A program made the position numbers and the translations under genes. Below the pieces are notes generated by a model that worked only from the letters and a program-made list of their open reading frames with translations, ran no database searches and had not been told where the DNA came from. Shown here in pieces: positions 42,513 to 51,501 of a DNA stretch of 64,000 nt (its first letter is position 1; each line of letters begins with the position of its first letter). The stretch spans positions 1,120,001 through 1,184,000 of the forward strand of contig OY970208.1 of NCBI GenBank assembly GCA_963713865.1, written 5' to 3'. The DNA comes from an uncultured candidate division Zixibacteria bacterium (lineage in GTDB: Bacteria > Zixibacteria > MSB-5A5 > RBG-16-43-9).

Positions 42513-43946
42513 ATGGAATCCGAAAAAAGAGGTACTAGAAGAATTAGAACCAATTTCAACTTTGACTTCAGGGTGCCGGATTCAACTAATGCTTCGGTTT
42601 TCACTAATTCCAAGACCAAGAATATTTCCGCCTCCGGCATGCAATTTCTCTCCCCTTTTCCTTTAAATATCGGCTCAAGCATGGAGATTAAACTTTTCCT
42701 TGCCAAAGCGTCTGAACCTTTAATTGTGATTGGCAAGACGATTTACATCTCCCAGGCGGATAAGGAGCAGTATATCATTGGAGTAGCTTTCACTCATATC
42801 GAGCCAGAAGTCAAGGAGGTTTTGAAAAAGCAGATTGAAAACATCGATATTTATCCTCTCTTAGAACAGATGGTAACCCTGCAGGCATCAGATTTACACC
42901 TGACTGCAAAACATCCTCCTACTTTCAGGGTTGACCGGGAATTGAAGGGCTGGAGCAATAAATCCTTGTCCCCAAACGAAGTCAAAAGGTTGGTTTTTTC
43001 AGTTATGACTTCTGAGCAGATCAGCACTTTCGACAAGATGAAGGAGTCAAACTTTGCTTATTCCCTTCCAGGTTTAGGAAGGTGGAGGGTAAATGTTCAT
43101 TTTCAGCAGGGGAATGTGGAATCGGCTTTCCGCTTAATCAAACCGCCGGATAAAAGCATTGTGGATCTGGGACTCCCGATAGTTGTAGAAGAGCTTGCCA
43201 GACAGAACGATGGGTTGGTGGTTGTGTCCGGTCCAGCCGGGGTAGGGAAAAGCACTACCATCGCTGCCATGATAGAGCTAATCAATAAGGAATTCAAGAA
43301 GGTAATTATTACCTTAGAAGACCCGATTGAATTTTTGCATGAGAGTAAAAAATCATTAATCAAACAGAGAGAAATTGGAATCGATACTCATTCGTTCAAA
43401 CATGGCTTGAAACATGTTTTGAGACAGGATCCTAACGTGATATTCATCGGAGAGGTCAGAGACCTGGAGACCATGGTAACTGCCCTGACGGCAGCAGAGA
43501 CCGGGCATCTGGTCTTCACCACTTTGCATACAAGCGATGCTTCCCAGACGATTAACCGGATCCTGGGAATTTTCCCTCATGACCAGAGGCAGGGAGCGGC
43601 ATTACAGCTTTCCTCCTGTCTTAAAGGAGTCATTTGTCAGAAGCTTCTTCCCAGGAGGGATAATCAAGGTCTTGTGCCGGCAACTGAGGTTTTGATAGGC
43701 ACACCCGCAGTCAAAGGGACTATAAGGCAGATGAAGATCGAACAATTACAATCCTTAATCCAAACCGGAGCCCAGGATCAGATGCACAGTATGGATAATT
43801 CGATTTTCCACTTATATGAGAAAAAACTGATTACCTATGAAACTGCAGCTAACTGGATAAAGGAGAGTGCGGTATTAACAGCGTTAGTCGAGAAAAGAAG
43901 ACAGGAACAACTAACCTCACAGAGATTAGTCTCAAAGATACGGTAA
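42513..43946 (+). CDS. PilZ-domain fused PilT/PilU type IV pilus retraction ATPase
   Basis: N-terminal RGTRR and NISASG (PilZ); ASDLHL, GPAGVGKST, LEDPIE, LRQDPNVIFIGEVRD, AAETGHLVFTTLHT. Confidence 0.88.
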   Translation: MESEKRGTRRIRTNFNFDFRVPDSTNASVFTNSKTKNISASGMQFLSPFPLNIGSSMEIKLFLAKASEPLIVIGKTIYISQADKEQYIIGVAFTHIEPEVKEVLKKQIENIDIYPLLEQMVTLQASDLHLTAKHPPTFRVDRELKGWSNKSLSPNEVKRLVFSVMTSEQISTFDKMKESNFAYSLPGLGRWRVNVHFQQGNVESAFRLIKPPDKSIVDLGLPIVVEELARQNDGLVVVSGPAGVGKSTTIAAMIELINKEFKKVIITLEDPIEFLHESKKSLIKQREIGIDTHSFKHGLKHVLRQDPNVIFIGEVRDLETMVTALTAAETGHLVFTTLHTSDASQTINRILGIFPHDQRQGAALQLSSCLKGVICQKLLPRRDNQGLVPATEVLIGTPAVKGTIRQMKIEQLQSLIQTGAQDQMHSMDNSIFHLYEKKLITYETAANWIKESAVLTALVEKRRQEQLTSQRLVSKIR

Positions 43947-43964
43947 GGAATGGGTAGAGGGAGG

Positions 43965-43998
43965 AAAAGGGGAGAGTTATAAAAACTCTCCCCTTTTT
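43965..43998. terminator. Intrinsic terminator, probably bidirectional
   Basis: AAAAGGGGAGAGTT-ataaa-AACTCTCCCCTTTTT. Confidence 0.85.
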
Positions 43999-44290
43999 AA
44001 TTTTGCGAAAAAAATTACATATCCAATCAAAATATCAACCAGTCTTTCAAGCATGGTTGACCTACTTTTTGTGCAGGTTTTATAATTTCAGTCGGGTCAG
44101 GGACCCGACTGACACCAGTTTTTACAGGTCGGGCTGCAAAGCTACCCGATGCTGATTATAAGATTATGTCGGGCAGTTCCATCAAAGCCAAATAGCCCAA
44201 CCTGCCAACTAACTCCCGCAGGTGATTCCCTTAGAATAACAATTGGTAAGAGCGTTCAATCCGAGAAACGGAGCAGCAGGGTTGACACCC

Positions 44291-45532
44291 CTACTTTTCT
44301 GAAATCATGATTACGTCTTTAGGTAACTTCTTTTCCAGCCAGATAAAGCCAGCGGCAGCAATAATGCCTAAAATGGAGATAATCCCCCAGAGGGTTACTG
44401 GCTTAGTGCTGAACAAGTCTATTAAAATCCCACCAATTAAAGGTCCGATTGACCAGCCCAGAGCATAGGAAAGCCCATACCCACCCATATACAACCCGTG
44501 ATGTTTTTCCCTGGAAAGATTGGCTGCTATTGCCATTGAGGCAGGCAGGACCATGATCTCTGAAAACGAGATGATAACCATACAGAACAGGAGCCAGCCA
44601 AAAGAGCCGGAAAATCCAAATAAGAAATATCCCAAAGAATATCCAATACTACCCCAGAAAATGACCCGGGTTAAGATTTTAGACTGGGAAAACTTAGATG
44701 CCGGTAACTGAAACAGAATAACGATGGAACCATTAACGGCAAAAAGAAATCCTAACTGAGCTTCAGAGATACCTACATAATCTACGGAGAAGACTGATAT
44801 GGTTGAAACCAGTTGCCCGATCACGACAAAGATGATAAGTGAGACAGCACAATAGAGGAGAAAAAGATGGTCAGCTCTTAGCTTGCCCAGGTCCTTAAAG
44901 GTAAATTTCTCATTAGAGGAATCGATTTTAATCGTTTCAGGTAAAAAGAAGAAAACAAGGGCAGAGGAGACAAAGGTCAAGACCCCACCGAAAATAAAAA
45001 GGAGTGGATAGGAAGCTGAGGCTAAAAAACCGCCAATCACAGGACCAAAAGCCCAGCCGGTATTACCCCCTATTCTCAATAGACTATATGCCTCTACTCT
45101 TTTCTCCTTAGGGACTATGTCTGCAGCCATGGCATTAGCAACTGGCTGGTAAAACCCGCCAAACATCCAGCTCAATACGATAGTCAAAGACCAGATAGAA
45201 AAACTTGCTCCTCTATAGGCAAGTGCTGCCATAAAAAGGAAGGAAAGCCCTCTAAGAAACTGAGCCACACCCATTATCTTTACCCTGCCAACTTTATCCG
45301 AAAGATGTCCACCAATTAAACCAAAAAGGGCACGACTGATTGCGGCAACTCCGAAAAGTAACCCGACCTTGGTCATAGGGATTTTCATCTGGTTATGGAA
45401 ATAGATGCTCAAATAGGGGATGGCCATAGCAAACCCCATAGCGGATATCATCCAGCCAGAAACCAGAATCCACAACCGGTAATCATAGCTTTTGAGAAAA
45501 GATGATATTTTTGAGAAGTTAAGCTGGGGCAT
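44291..45532 (-). CDS. MFS transporter
   Basis: About 12 hydrophobic segments, GHLSDKVGR motif A; start reassigned to MPQLNF. Confidence 0.9.
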   Translation of the reverse strand: MPQLNFSKISSFLKSYDYRLWILVSGWMISAMGFAMAIPYLSIYFHNQMKIPMTKVGLLFGVAAISRALFGLIGGHLSDKVGRVKIMGVAQFLRGLSFLFMAALAYRGASFSIWSLTIVLSWMFGGFYQPVANAMAADIVPKEKRVEAYSLLRIGGNTGWAFGPVIGGFLASASYPLLFIFGGVLTFVSSALVFFFLPETIKIDSSNEKFTFKDLGKLRADHLFLLYCAVSLIIFVVIGQLVSTISVFSVDYVGISEAQLGFLFAVNGSIVILFQLPASKFSQSKILTRVIFWGSIGYSLGYFLFGFSGSFGWLLFCMVIISFSEIMVLPASMAIAANLSREKHHGLYMGGYGLSYALGWSIGPLIGGILIDLFSTKPVTLWGIISILGIIAAAGFIWLEKKLPKDVIMISEK

Positions 45533-45883
45533 ATTAATACAACCAAGCAGACTAAATTTCTGCCAAGATAAGATAGACCGGGTAATTTTGCAATAATTAA
45601 ATGACAAAGGATATATGACGAATAAAGGATAAAGAATAAAAGCAATAGGTATCCCACCTTGGAGCAAGATGGGATTACAGATTTTATAGGGGACGGATCT
45701 ATTTAGATGCACTCTAAAGTCAAAGCTGTCATGCTGAGCGTAGCGAAGCATCTACAATCAAAAAAAGGATTTTTAGTCCTCTCAGGGGATCCAGAATAAC
45801 AGGTAGAATTATTTTTGACATTTATCTTCAAATTAGATATATTTTTCCTGTCCTGCGGATCCGAAATTCAGAAAGGAATTTTT

Positions 45884-46870
45884 ATGCCGGCTAATTTAAC
45901 CCCTCAATATTTAGAGGCGGAAAGTAAGTATAAAGAAGCAAAAACCCCGGAGGATAAACTTTCTGCCTTAGAGGAGATGCTTGCCACTATACCAAAACAT
46001 AAGGGGACGGAAAAGCTTCAAGCAGATATAAAAAGAAGAATCTCAAACCTTAAAGAACAGGATAAGAAAAGTAAAGGTGCGAAAAGGGAAGATCATTATT
46101 ATATTAAAAAGGAGGGGGCTGGGCAGGTAGTGATGATCGGTCCTCCAAATGCAGGAAAATCCCAGCTCTTAGCCTCTTTAACTCATGCTAAGCCAGAGGT
46201 TGCTCCATTCCCCTTCACTACTCAAAAACCCTTAGCCGGAATGATGCCTTATGAGAATATCCAGATCCAGTTAATCGATACCCCTCCGATCTCCTCGGAT
46301 TTTTTTGAGAGCGGGATCCTGGGGGTTATCCGTAATGCAGATATTATCTGGTTAGTGATCGATTTAAGTTCTGACGATCCATCAGTTGAATTAGAGATAG
46401 TCAGGAAAAGATTAGAGGAGAAGAAGGTTAAATTATACAGAGATGAAAAAGGGGTACCTTTAGAAACCGGAGAGGTTTGCAAAAAGACTATGCTTTTAGG
46501 TAACAAAAATGATTTAGAGAACGCTCCGGAGAACTGGGAGATAATAAAGGGGTTGTATAGTTCTTCTTTCCTCTTGTATTCTATCTCTGCTGAAAAAAAA
46601 CATGGTTTAGAAGAACTGAAAATAAAGACTTTTAATAATTTAGAGATACTACGGGTTTATACTAAAATCCCTGGAAAACCTGCTGATTATACCAATCCGG
46701 TGATTTTAAAAAAGGGGCATAAGTTGATGGATGCCGCTTTGGCTATTCATAAAGATTTTGCCCATAATTTAAAATATGCCCGGATCTGGGGGAAGGGTAA
46801 ATACGAGGGACAGATGGTTCATCGGGACCAGATTTTAGAGGATGGTGATGTGATAGAGTTTCATATTTAG
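45884..46870 (+). CDS. DRG/OBG-family GTPase with C-terminal TGS domain
   Basis: MPANLTPQY, PKHKGTEK, GPPNAGKS, PFTT, DTP, NKND, YARIWG, LEDGDVIEFH. Confidence 0.88.
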   Translation: MPANLTPQYLEAESKYKEAKTPEDKLSALEEMLATIPKHKGTEKLQADIKRRISNLKEQDKKSKGAKREDHYYIKKEGAGQVVMIGPPNAGKSQLLASLTHAKPEVAPFPFTTQKPLAGMMPYENIQIQLIDTPPISSDFFESGILGVIRNADIIWLVIDLSSDDPSVELEIVRKRLEEKKVKLYRDEKGVPLETGEVCKKTMLLGNKNDLENAPENWEIIKGLYSSSFLLYSISAEKKHGLEELKIKTFNNLEILRVYTKIPGKPADYTNPVILKKGHKLMDAALAIHKDFAHNLKYARIWGKGKYEGQMVHRDQILEDGDVIEFHI

Positions 46871-47018
46871 TTTTTTCAAATAGAACAAACTACTTGTCTG
46901 TTCTATTTGTCAGAGAGTGAAACCTGTTTTACGAAGGTGAAGTCACAGGAATGTCTGGTCTACTTTGCGGGCGAGGCAACCTCGCCCCTACAAAAAAACA
47001 TTTTCAGAAGGTATCTAT

Positions 47019-47354
47019 ATGAAAAAAGTTATAGTGATAAATAATGAAAGGATGGGACAGGGGGAGTTTGAGTTAACTACTCTCTTGATGGGAAATTTCT
47101 TGAGGGCTTTGATCAGTTCATCTAAAAAACCAGATTACTTAATTTTTTATGGAGCTGGGGTTAAATTGGTCTCAGATAGCTCGCCTTATCTTGAAGTACT
47201 TGCCACCCTCGAGAATATGAGAGTTGAATTACTTTCCTGTTCCACCCGTCTTAATTATTATGGTCTTGTAGACAAAGTTAAAGTGGGAAGAAAGAGTAAT
47301 ATGGCTGAAATAGTAGAAGTCTTATTAAAATCCGATGGTACAATTACAATGTAG
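47019..47354 (+). CDS. YedF/DsrE-like sulfurtransferase-related protein
   Basis: MGQGEFEL, LMGNFL, GVKL, LNYYGL, VGRKSNM; the expected CxxC reads CSTR. Confidence 0.7.
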   Translation: MKKVIVINNERMGQGEFELTTLLMGNFLRALISSSKKPDYLIFYGAGVKLVSDSSPYLEVLATLENMRVELLSCSTRLNYYGLVDKVKVGRKSNMAEIVEVLLKSDGTITM

Positions 47355-47369
47355 CAAGCTATAAAAGCT

Positions 47370-47454
47370 GGTAGCCGAAGACCTTATGTCTTCGTTATTA
47401 TACTTGTTCACAAGCTGAAGTCCGTGAAGCGGATCCGTAGGACTTACGGCTACC
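47370..47454. repeat. GGTAGCCG...CGGCTACC REP-like element
   Basis: Same terminal inverted repeats as 1608-1677 and 56682-56740. Confidence 0.7.
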
Positions 47455-47470
47455 GAGAGCGAGATCGGTT

Positions 47471-48064
47471 ATGTCAAAAAAAGAATATTTTGATAGGTAT
47501 GCTCACAGATGGGATCAGTTTTATGACTTAGAGACGAAGAATAAATTAGGAGAGCTGGTCAACAGTTTCAGACTTGAAAAAGGCTCACAGGTTTTAGATT
47601 TGGGATGCGGGACCGGTATTTTATTTCCGTCAATCTTGAGAGCTATTGGCAAAAAAGGGAGACTCTTCGGCGTAGATTTTTCAACCAAGATGCTCTTGGA
47701 AGCCCGGAGAAAATTTCAGGATGTAAATATCGTATTGGTCTGTGCTCCTGCAGAGAACCTTCCTTTTCTGCCCGAGTCTTTTGATTACGTGATCGCTTTT
47801 GCATCTTTTCCTCACTTCCAAAATAAGGCTAAAGCTATAGAAGAGATAAGCAGAGTCCTGAAAAAAAGAGGGAAACTTTTTATTGCCCATCTTCTGAGTA
47901 GAAAAGAGTTAAAAGAACATCATCGCCAATCTGGAGATAAAGAGGTCAGAAATGACGTTCTACCTGCAGAGAAAATTTTAAGATGTATGTTGAAGAAAAA
48001 AGGGTTTAAAAAAATTACGATAGTGGATGAACCCTCTTTATATCTTGCCTGTGGGTTAAAATGA
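47471..48064 (+). CDS. Class I SAM-dependent methyltransferase
   Basis: VLDLGCGTG, GVDFS, AENLPF, SFDYV, RVLKKRG. Confidence 0.9.
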   Translation: MSKKEYFDRYAHRWDQFYDLETKNKLGELVNSFRLEKGSQVLDLGCGTGILFPSILRAIGKKGRLFGVDFSTKMLLEARRKFQDVNIVLVCAPAENLPFLPESFDYVIAFASFPHFQNKAKAIEEISRVLKKRGKLFIAHLLSRKELKEHHRQSGDKEVRNDVLPAEKILRCMLKKKGFKKITIVDEPSLYLACGLK

Positions 48065-48585
48065 AGATTTCTCCCAAACAGATTAGTCTGAGTGCCCTTT
48101 TTGTCTCCCTGGGTATTATTTTTCCATTTTTATTTCATCAGTTTGGTTTAGCAGGCAGGATTTTCTCACCGATGCATTTCCCGGTTTTTTTCGCTGGAAT
48201 TCTGATTGGACCTTTAAGCGGTGCCGTAGTTGGTATTTTATCTCCTATTCTGAGCTTTTTTCTTACCGGAATGCCACCTCCTTATGCAGTTCCTTTAATG
48301 GCTTTAGAGCTTCCTACTTACGGGGCAACCATAGGATTCTTTTACAGATATGTAAAAATCCCCTTGATAATGAGTCTTTTACTTTCTATGATTGCCGGGC
48401 GGGTAGCCTTTGCTATAGGGATATTTATTATCGGAACTTTTGTTAAACTTCCTGTAAGTTTTTACTCATTTTTAGAAGCCTCCTTTATTACTGGGCTCCC
48501 TGGTATACTCCTGCAGTTAATCTTGATCCCGATTTTAAGTTTTAGGTTAAAAAGAATTTTTTCTCATAACTTCCCCAAGGATTAA
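48061..48585 (+). CDS. ECF transporter S component
   Basis: Hydrophobic; PMHFPV, GILSP, GMPP, MALEL, GLPGILLQL. Confidence 0.85.
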   Translation: MKISPKQISLSALFVSLGIIFPFLFHQFGLAGRIFSPMHFPVFFAGILIGPLSGAVVGILSPILSFFLTGMPPPYAVPLMALELPTYGATIGFFYRYVKIPLIMSLLLSMIAGRVAFAIGIFIIGTFVKLPVSFYSFLEASFITGLPGILLQLILIPILSFRLKRIFSHNFPKD

Positions 48586-48632
48586 GCTTTAGTCAATTTT
48601 TCCGAAAATAATACAATAGGGGGAATTCCCAT

Positions 48633-50615
48633 ATGAAAAATATTCAGAGAGAGATGAAAAAAATCGAGAGAAAAGATTGGTACCTCTGGATTCTGACTTC
48701 TATGGTCTTTTTAATCTTCACAGCTTTTATTCTACTTTTAATCTTCTATTCAGATCTTAGAGATTTTTACGAGGAGGAGCTTTCCAGCAGTACCTTTAAT
48801 GTCCTTTTCGTTGGATTTACCGGCATATCTCTACTCTTCTTAGCCTACATCCTTCTCAAAGAGAAGTCTATAAAAAAGCTGCGGGACGAATTGATAAAAG
48901 AGAAGATTTTAACTCAATCTTTAGAAGAGCACTTTCAAGAATTAAAAGCTTTGTTTGAGGTGAGCACCCTGGTAAATTCTGAGATCGAACTGACTTTAGC
49001 CCTGGATTTGATTTCCAAGACAGTCTTGAACTCCCTGCAAGCTGACAGGTCATCACTTTTACTTTTTAATAAAGAGAAAAACAAACTGGTCTGTGTCTCT
49101 GCTCATGGAAAATCAAGTGAAAAGATAAAATATATAGAACTGAATCCAGATGAAGGTGTAGCTGGATGGGTTATGACTCATAGGGAGCCGCTTCTTTTAG
49201 GAGAAGAGCTGCAAAGGGATAAGTTTAAAAACTATATTCCCAAAGAGGAGAAGATATTTTCCTCTTTAAGCGTCCCCTTGAAAGTGAAAAAAGAGATAAT
49301 CGGGGTATTAAATGTCAGCTCGATGACTGAAGAAAAGGAATTCAATGAGGTTGATTTGAAATTGATCTCGATATTTGCCCAGAATGCTGCAATTGCCATT
49401 GAAAAGGGAGAGTTATACTTAGAGTTAAAAGAACAGGCTGAGGCTTTGAAAAAGACCTTAGAGGATTTGAGAAACACCCAGAAACAGTTAGTTCAATCTG
49501 AAAAAATGAGAGCTTTAGGGGATCTAGCTGGAGGAGTAGCGCATGACTTCAATAATATATTAGGGAGTATAACAGGACGGGCTGAACTGCTTTTAAGACA
49601 GTCTAAAGAGGAAGAGTTTAAAAAAGGATTGATGCTGATTATATCGGTAGCAAATGACGGGGCAGAAATAATCAGAAGATTGCAGGAATACACTAAAGTC
49701 GGTAAAGAAGCAATTTTCGTTAAAGTAGACTTAAACAAGATAATCCAGCAGGTAGTGGAGATAACCCGGTTCAAGTGGAAAGACGAAGCTTTAGCTAAGG
49801 GGATTAAGATCAATATTGATATGGACTTAAAACAGATAGGATCTATCGCGGGTAATCCTTCGGAGTTGAGAGAAATATTGATTAACTTGATCCTGAATGC
49901 AATTGAAGCCCTGCCCAAGGGAGGGAATATCACCTTGAAAACCTGGATGGAAAATAGTGATGTCTTCACCTCTGTTAAAGATGATGGTATAGGTATGAAT
50001 GAGGAGGTTAAAGCTAATATCTTTGAACCTTTTTTTACCATGAAAGGTGCAACAGGAACCGGTTTAGGTTTATCTATAGTTTACGGGATAGTTTCCAAAC
50101 ATCAGGGTAGTATAACGGTTGACTCAGAACCGGGTAAAGGGACTAACTTCGTTCTTAAATTTCCGCTTGCTAGTCTGACCCAGAAGGAAGAAAAAGAGAT
50201 CTCGATTATTGATTTTCAACCGGCCAACATATTAGTCATCGATGATGAGAAAAATATACGGGATATGGTCTTAGAGATGCTAACCATACAAGGACATTCT
50301 GTTACCTTAGCTGTGGATGGGATACAAGGGATTGAATTTTTTAAAAGAAAAGATTACGATTTAGTTTTAACTGATCTAACTATGCCCGATATAACTGGCT
50401 GGGAGGTTTCAAAGGTAATCAAATCTATAAACACATCTGTCAAAGTGGCATTGATGACTGGCTGGGGAGTTCAGATAGAAAAGGAAGAAGCAAAGCTCAA
50501 AGGAATTGATTATCTGATCTCAAAACCTTTTAAAGAGAATCAATTGCTCTTTGTAGTCTCTGAAGCACTGAAAGCAAAGAAGAATTATTTACCCGAAAAA
50601 CCTGTTTCAGTTTGA
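48633..50615 (+). CDS. Hybrid sensor kinase (2 TM-GAF-HisKA-HATPase-REC)
   Basis: GVAHDFNN, NLILNA, DDGIG, FEPFFT, GTGLGL, C-terminal IDDE and TDLTMP. Confidence 0.92.
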   Translation: MKNIQREMKKIERKDWYLWILTSMVFLIFTAFILLLIFYSDLRDFYEEELSSSTFNVLFVGFTGISLLFLAYILLKEKSIKKLRDELIKEKILTQSLEEHFQELKALFEVSTLVNSEIELTLALDLISKTVLNSLQADRSSLLLFNKEKNKLVCVSAHGKSSEKIKYIELNPDEGVAGWVMTHREPLLLGEELQRDKFKNYIPKEEKIFSSLSVPLKVKKEIIGVLNVSSMTEEKEFNEVDLKLISIFAQNAAIAIEKGELYLELKEQAEALKKTLEDLRNTQKQLVQSEKMRALGDLAGGVAHDFNNILGSITGRAELLLRQSKEEEFKKGLMLIISVANDGAEIIRRLQEYTKVGKEAIFVKVDLNKIIQQVVEITRFKWKDEALAKGIKINIDMDLKQIGSIAGNPSELREILINLILNAIEALPKGGNITLKTWMENSDVFTSVKDDGIGMNEEVKANIFEPFFTMKGATGTGLGLSIVYGIVSKHQGSITVDSEPGKGTNFVLKFPLASLTQKEEKEISIIDFQPANILVIDDEKNIRDMVLEMLTIQGHSVTLAVDGIQGIEFFKRKDYDLVLTDLTMPDITGWEVSKVIKSINTSVKVALMTGWGVQIEKEEAKLKGIDYLISKPFKENQLLFVVSEALKAKKNYLPEKPVSV

Positions 50616-50625
50616 GACAATAGAT

Positions 50626-50672
50626 ATTCTATATTTTGAGTTTTATATTTCATTGAAACACAATATATTGTG
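50626..50672 (+). promoter_or_regulatory. Tandem NrdR boxes upstream of thyX-nrdJ
   Basis: ACACAATATATTGTG (50658-50672) matches acaCwAtATaTwGtg; a weaker ATTCTATATTTTGAG starts 32 bp upstream. Confidence 0.78.
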
Positions 50673-50701
50673 ATTTTTTTCAATAAAATAAAAATTTTTC
50701 C

Positions 50702-50729
50702 TTGACATCTTTTCTGATTTAGTTAAAAT
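50702..50729 (+). promoter_or_regulatory. Sigma70-type promoter candidate for thyX-nrdJ
   Basis: TTGACA-16 nt-TAAAAT. Confidence 0.5.
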
Positions 50730-50844
50730 AGATTATAGAAAGTTAGCAGAAGTTTTTGGTGGTATCCCACCAATTATTTATCCAATTTTTGCTCTTTAGA
50801 ATAAAATTCTTTAAAGGAAAATTATCGTCTAAAAAGGTATAAAT

Positions 50845-51501
50845 ATGAAAGTAGAATTGATGGCTATAACTCCTCAGGCTGAAGATGTGATTGAAAAAGC
50901 CTGTCGCACCTGTTATCTTTCCTTTCACCGTTATAATCCTCCTTCATCCACTGAAGAGTTGATAAAAAAAATTATCAGGAAAGGGCATCACTCGGTTTTA
51001 GAACATGCCTATGCCACCTTCAGGATCAAAGGTGGCTCAAGGGTATTTACCCATGAGATGGTCAGGCACCGGCTTATGTCCCCTTCCCAGGAGAGCCAGA
51101 GATATGTGGAATATGGTAAGACCAAAGAGTTTGAATTTGTAATTCCACCAACCATAGAGAAAACCTCTTTTAAAGATAGATTTAAAAAAGTAGCTTTAGA
51201 GCTTAAAGATTTTTATGAGGAGATGGTGAGAACCGAAATCCCAAAGGAAGATGCCAGATATATCCTTCCGAATGCTACTGTCTCCGAAATAGTGGTATCT
51301 GCCAATTTCCGGGAGTTGAGACATATCTTTGAAGTAAGATGCGTGGAAAGAGCACACTGGGAGATAAGAGAAATTTGTCTGGAAATGCTTAAGATAATGA
51401 AAAAGGAAGCTCCCATAGTTTTCTGGGACTTTAAAATAGATGAGAATAATAAAATAGCCCTATCCGTAGGAGAGGAGGAAATAAATGCAGGGGACAGTTG
51501 A
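50845..51501 (+). CDS. thyX: FAD-dependent thymidylate synthase
   Basis: GHHSVLEH, HEMVRHR, SQESQRYV, EDARYILP, NFREL, AHWEIR. Confidence 0.95.
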   Translation: MKVELMAITPQAEDVIEKACRTCYLSFHRYNPPSSTEELIKKIIRKGHHSVLEHAYATFRIKGGSRVFTHEMVRHRLMSPSQESQRYVEYGKTKEFEFVIPPTIEKTSFKDRFKKVALELKDFYEEMVRTEIPKEDARYILPNATVSEIVVSANFRELRHIFEVRCVERAHWEIREICLEMLKIMKKEAPIVFWDFKIDENNKIALSVGEEEINAGDS

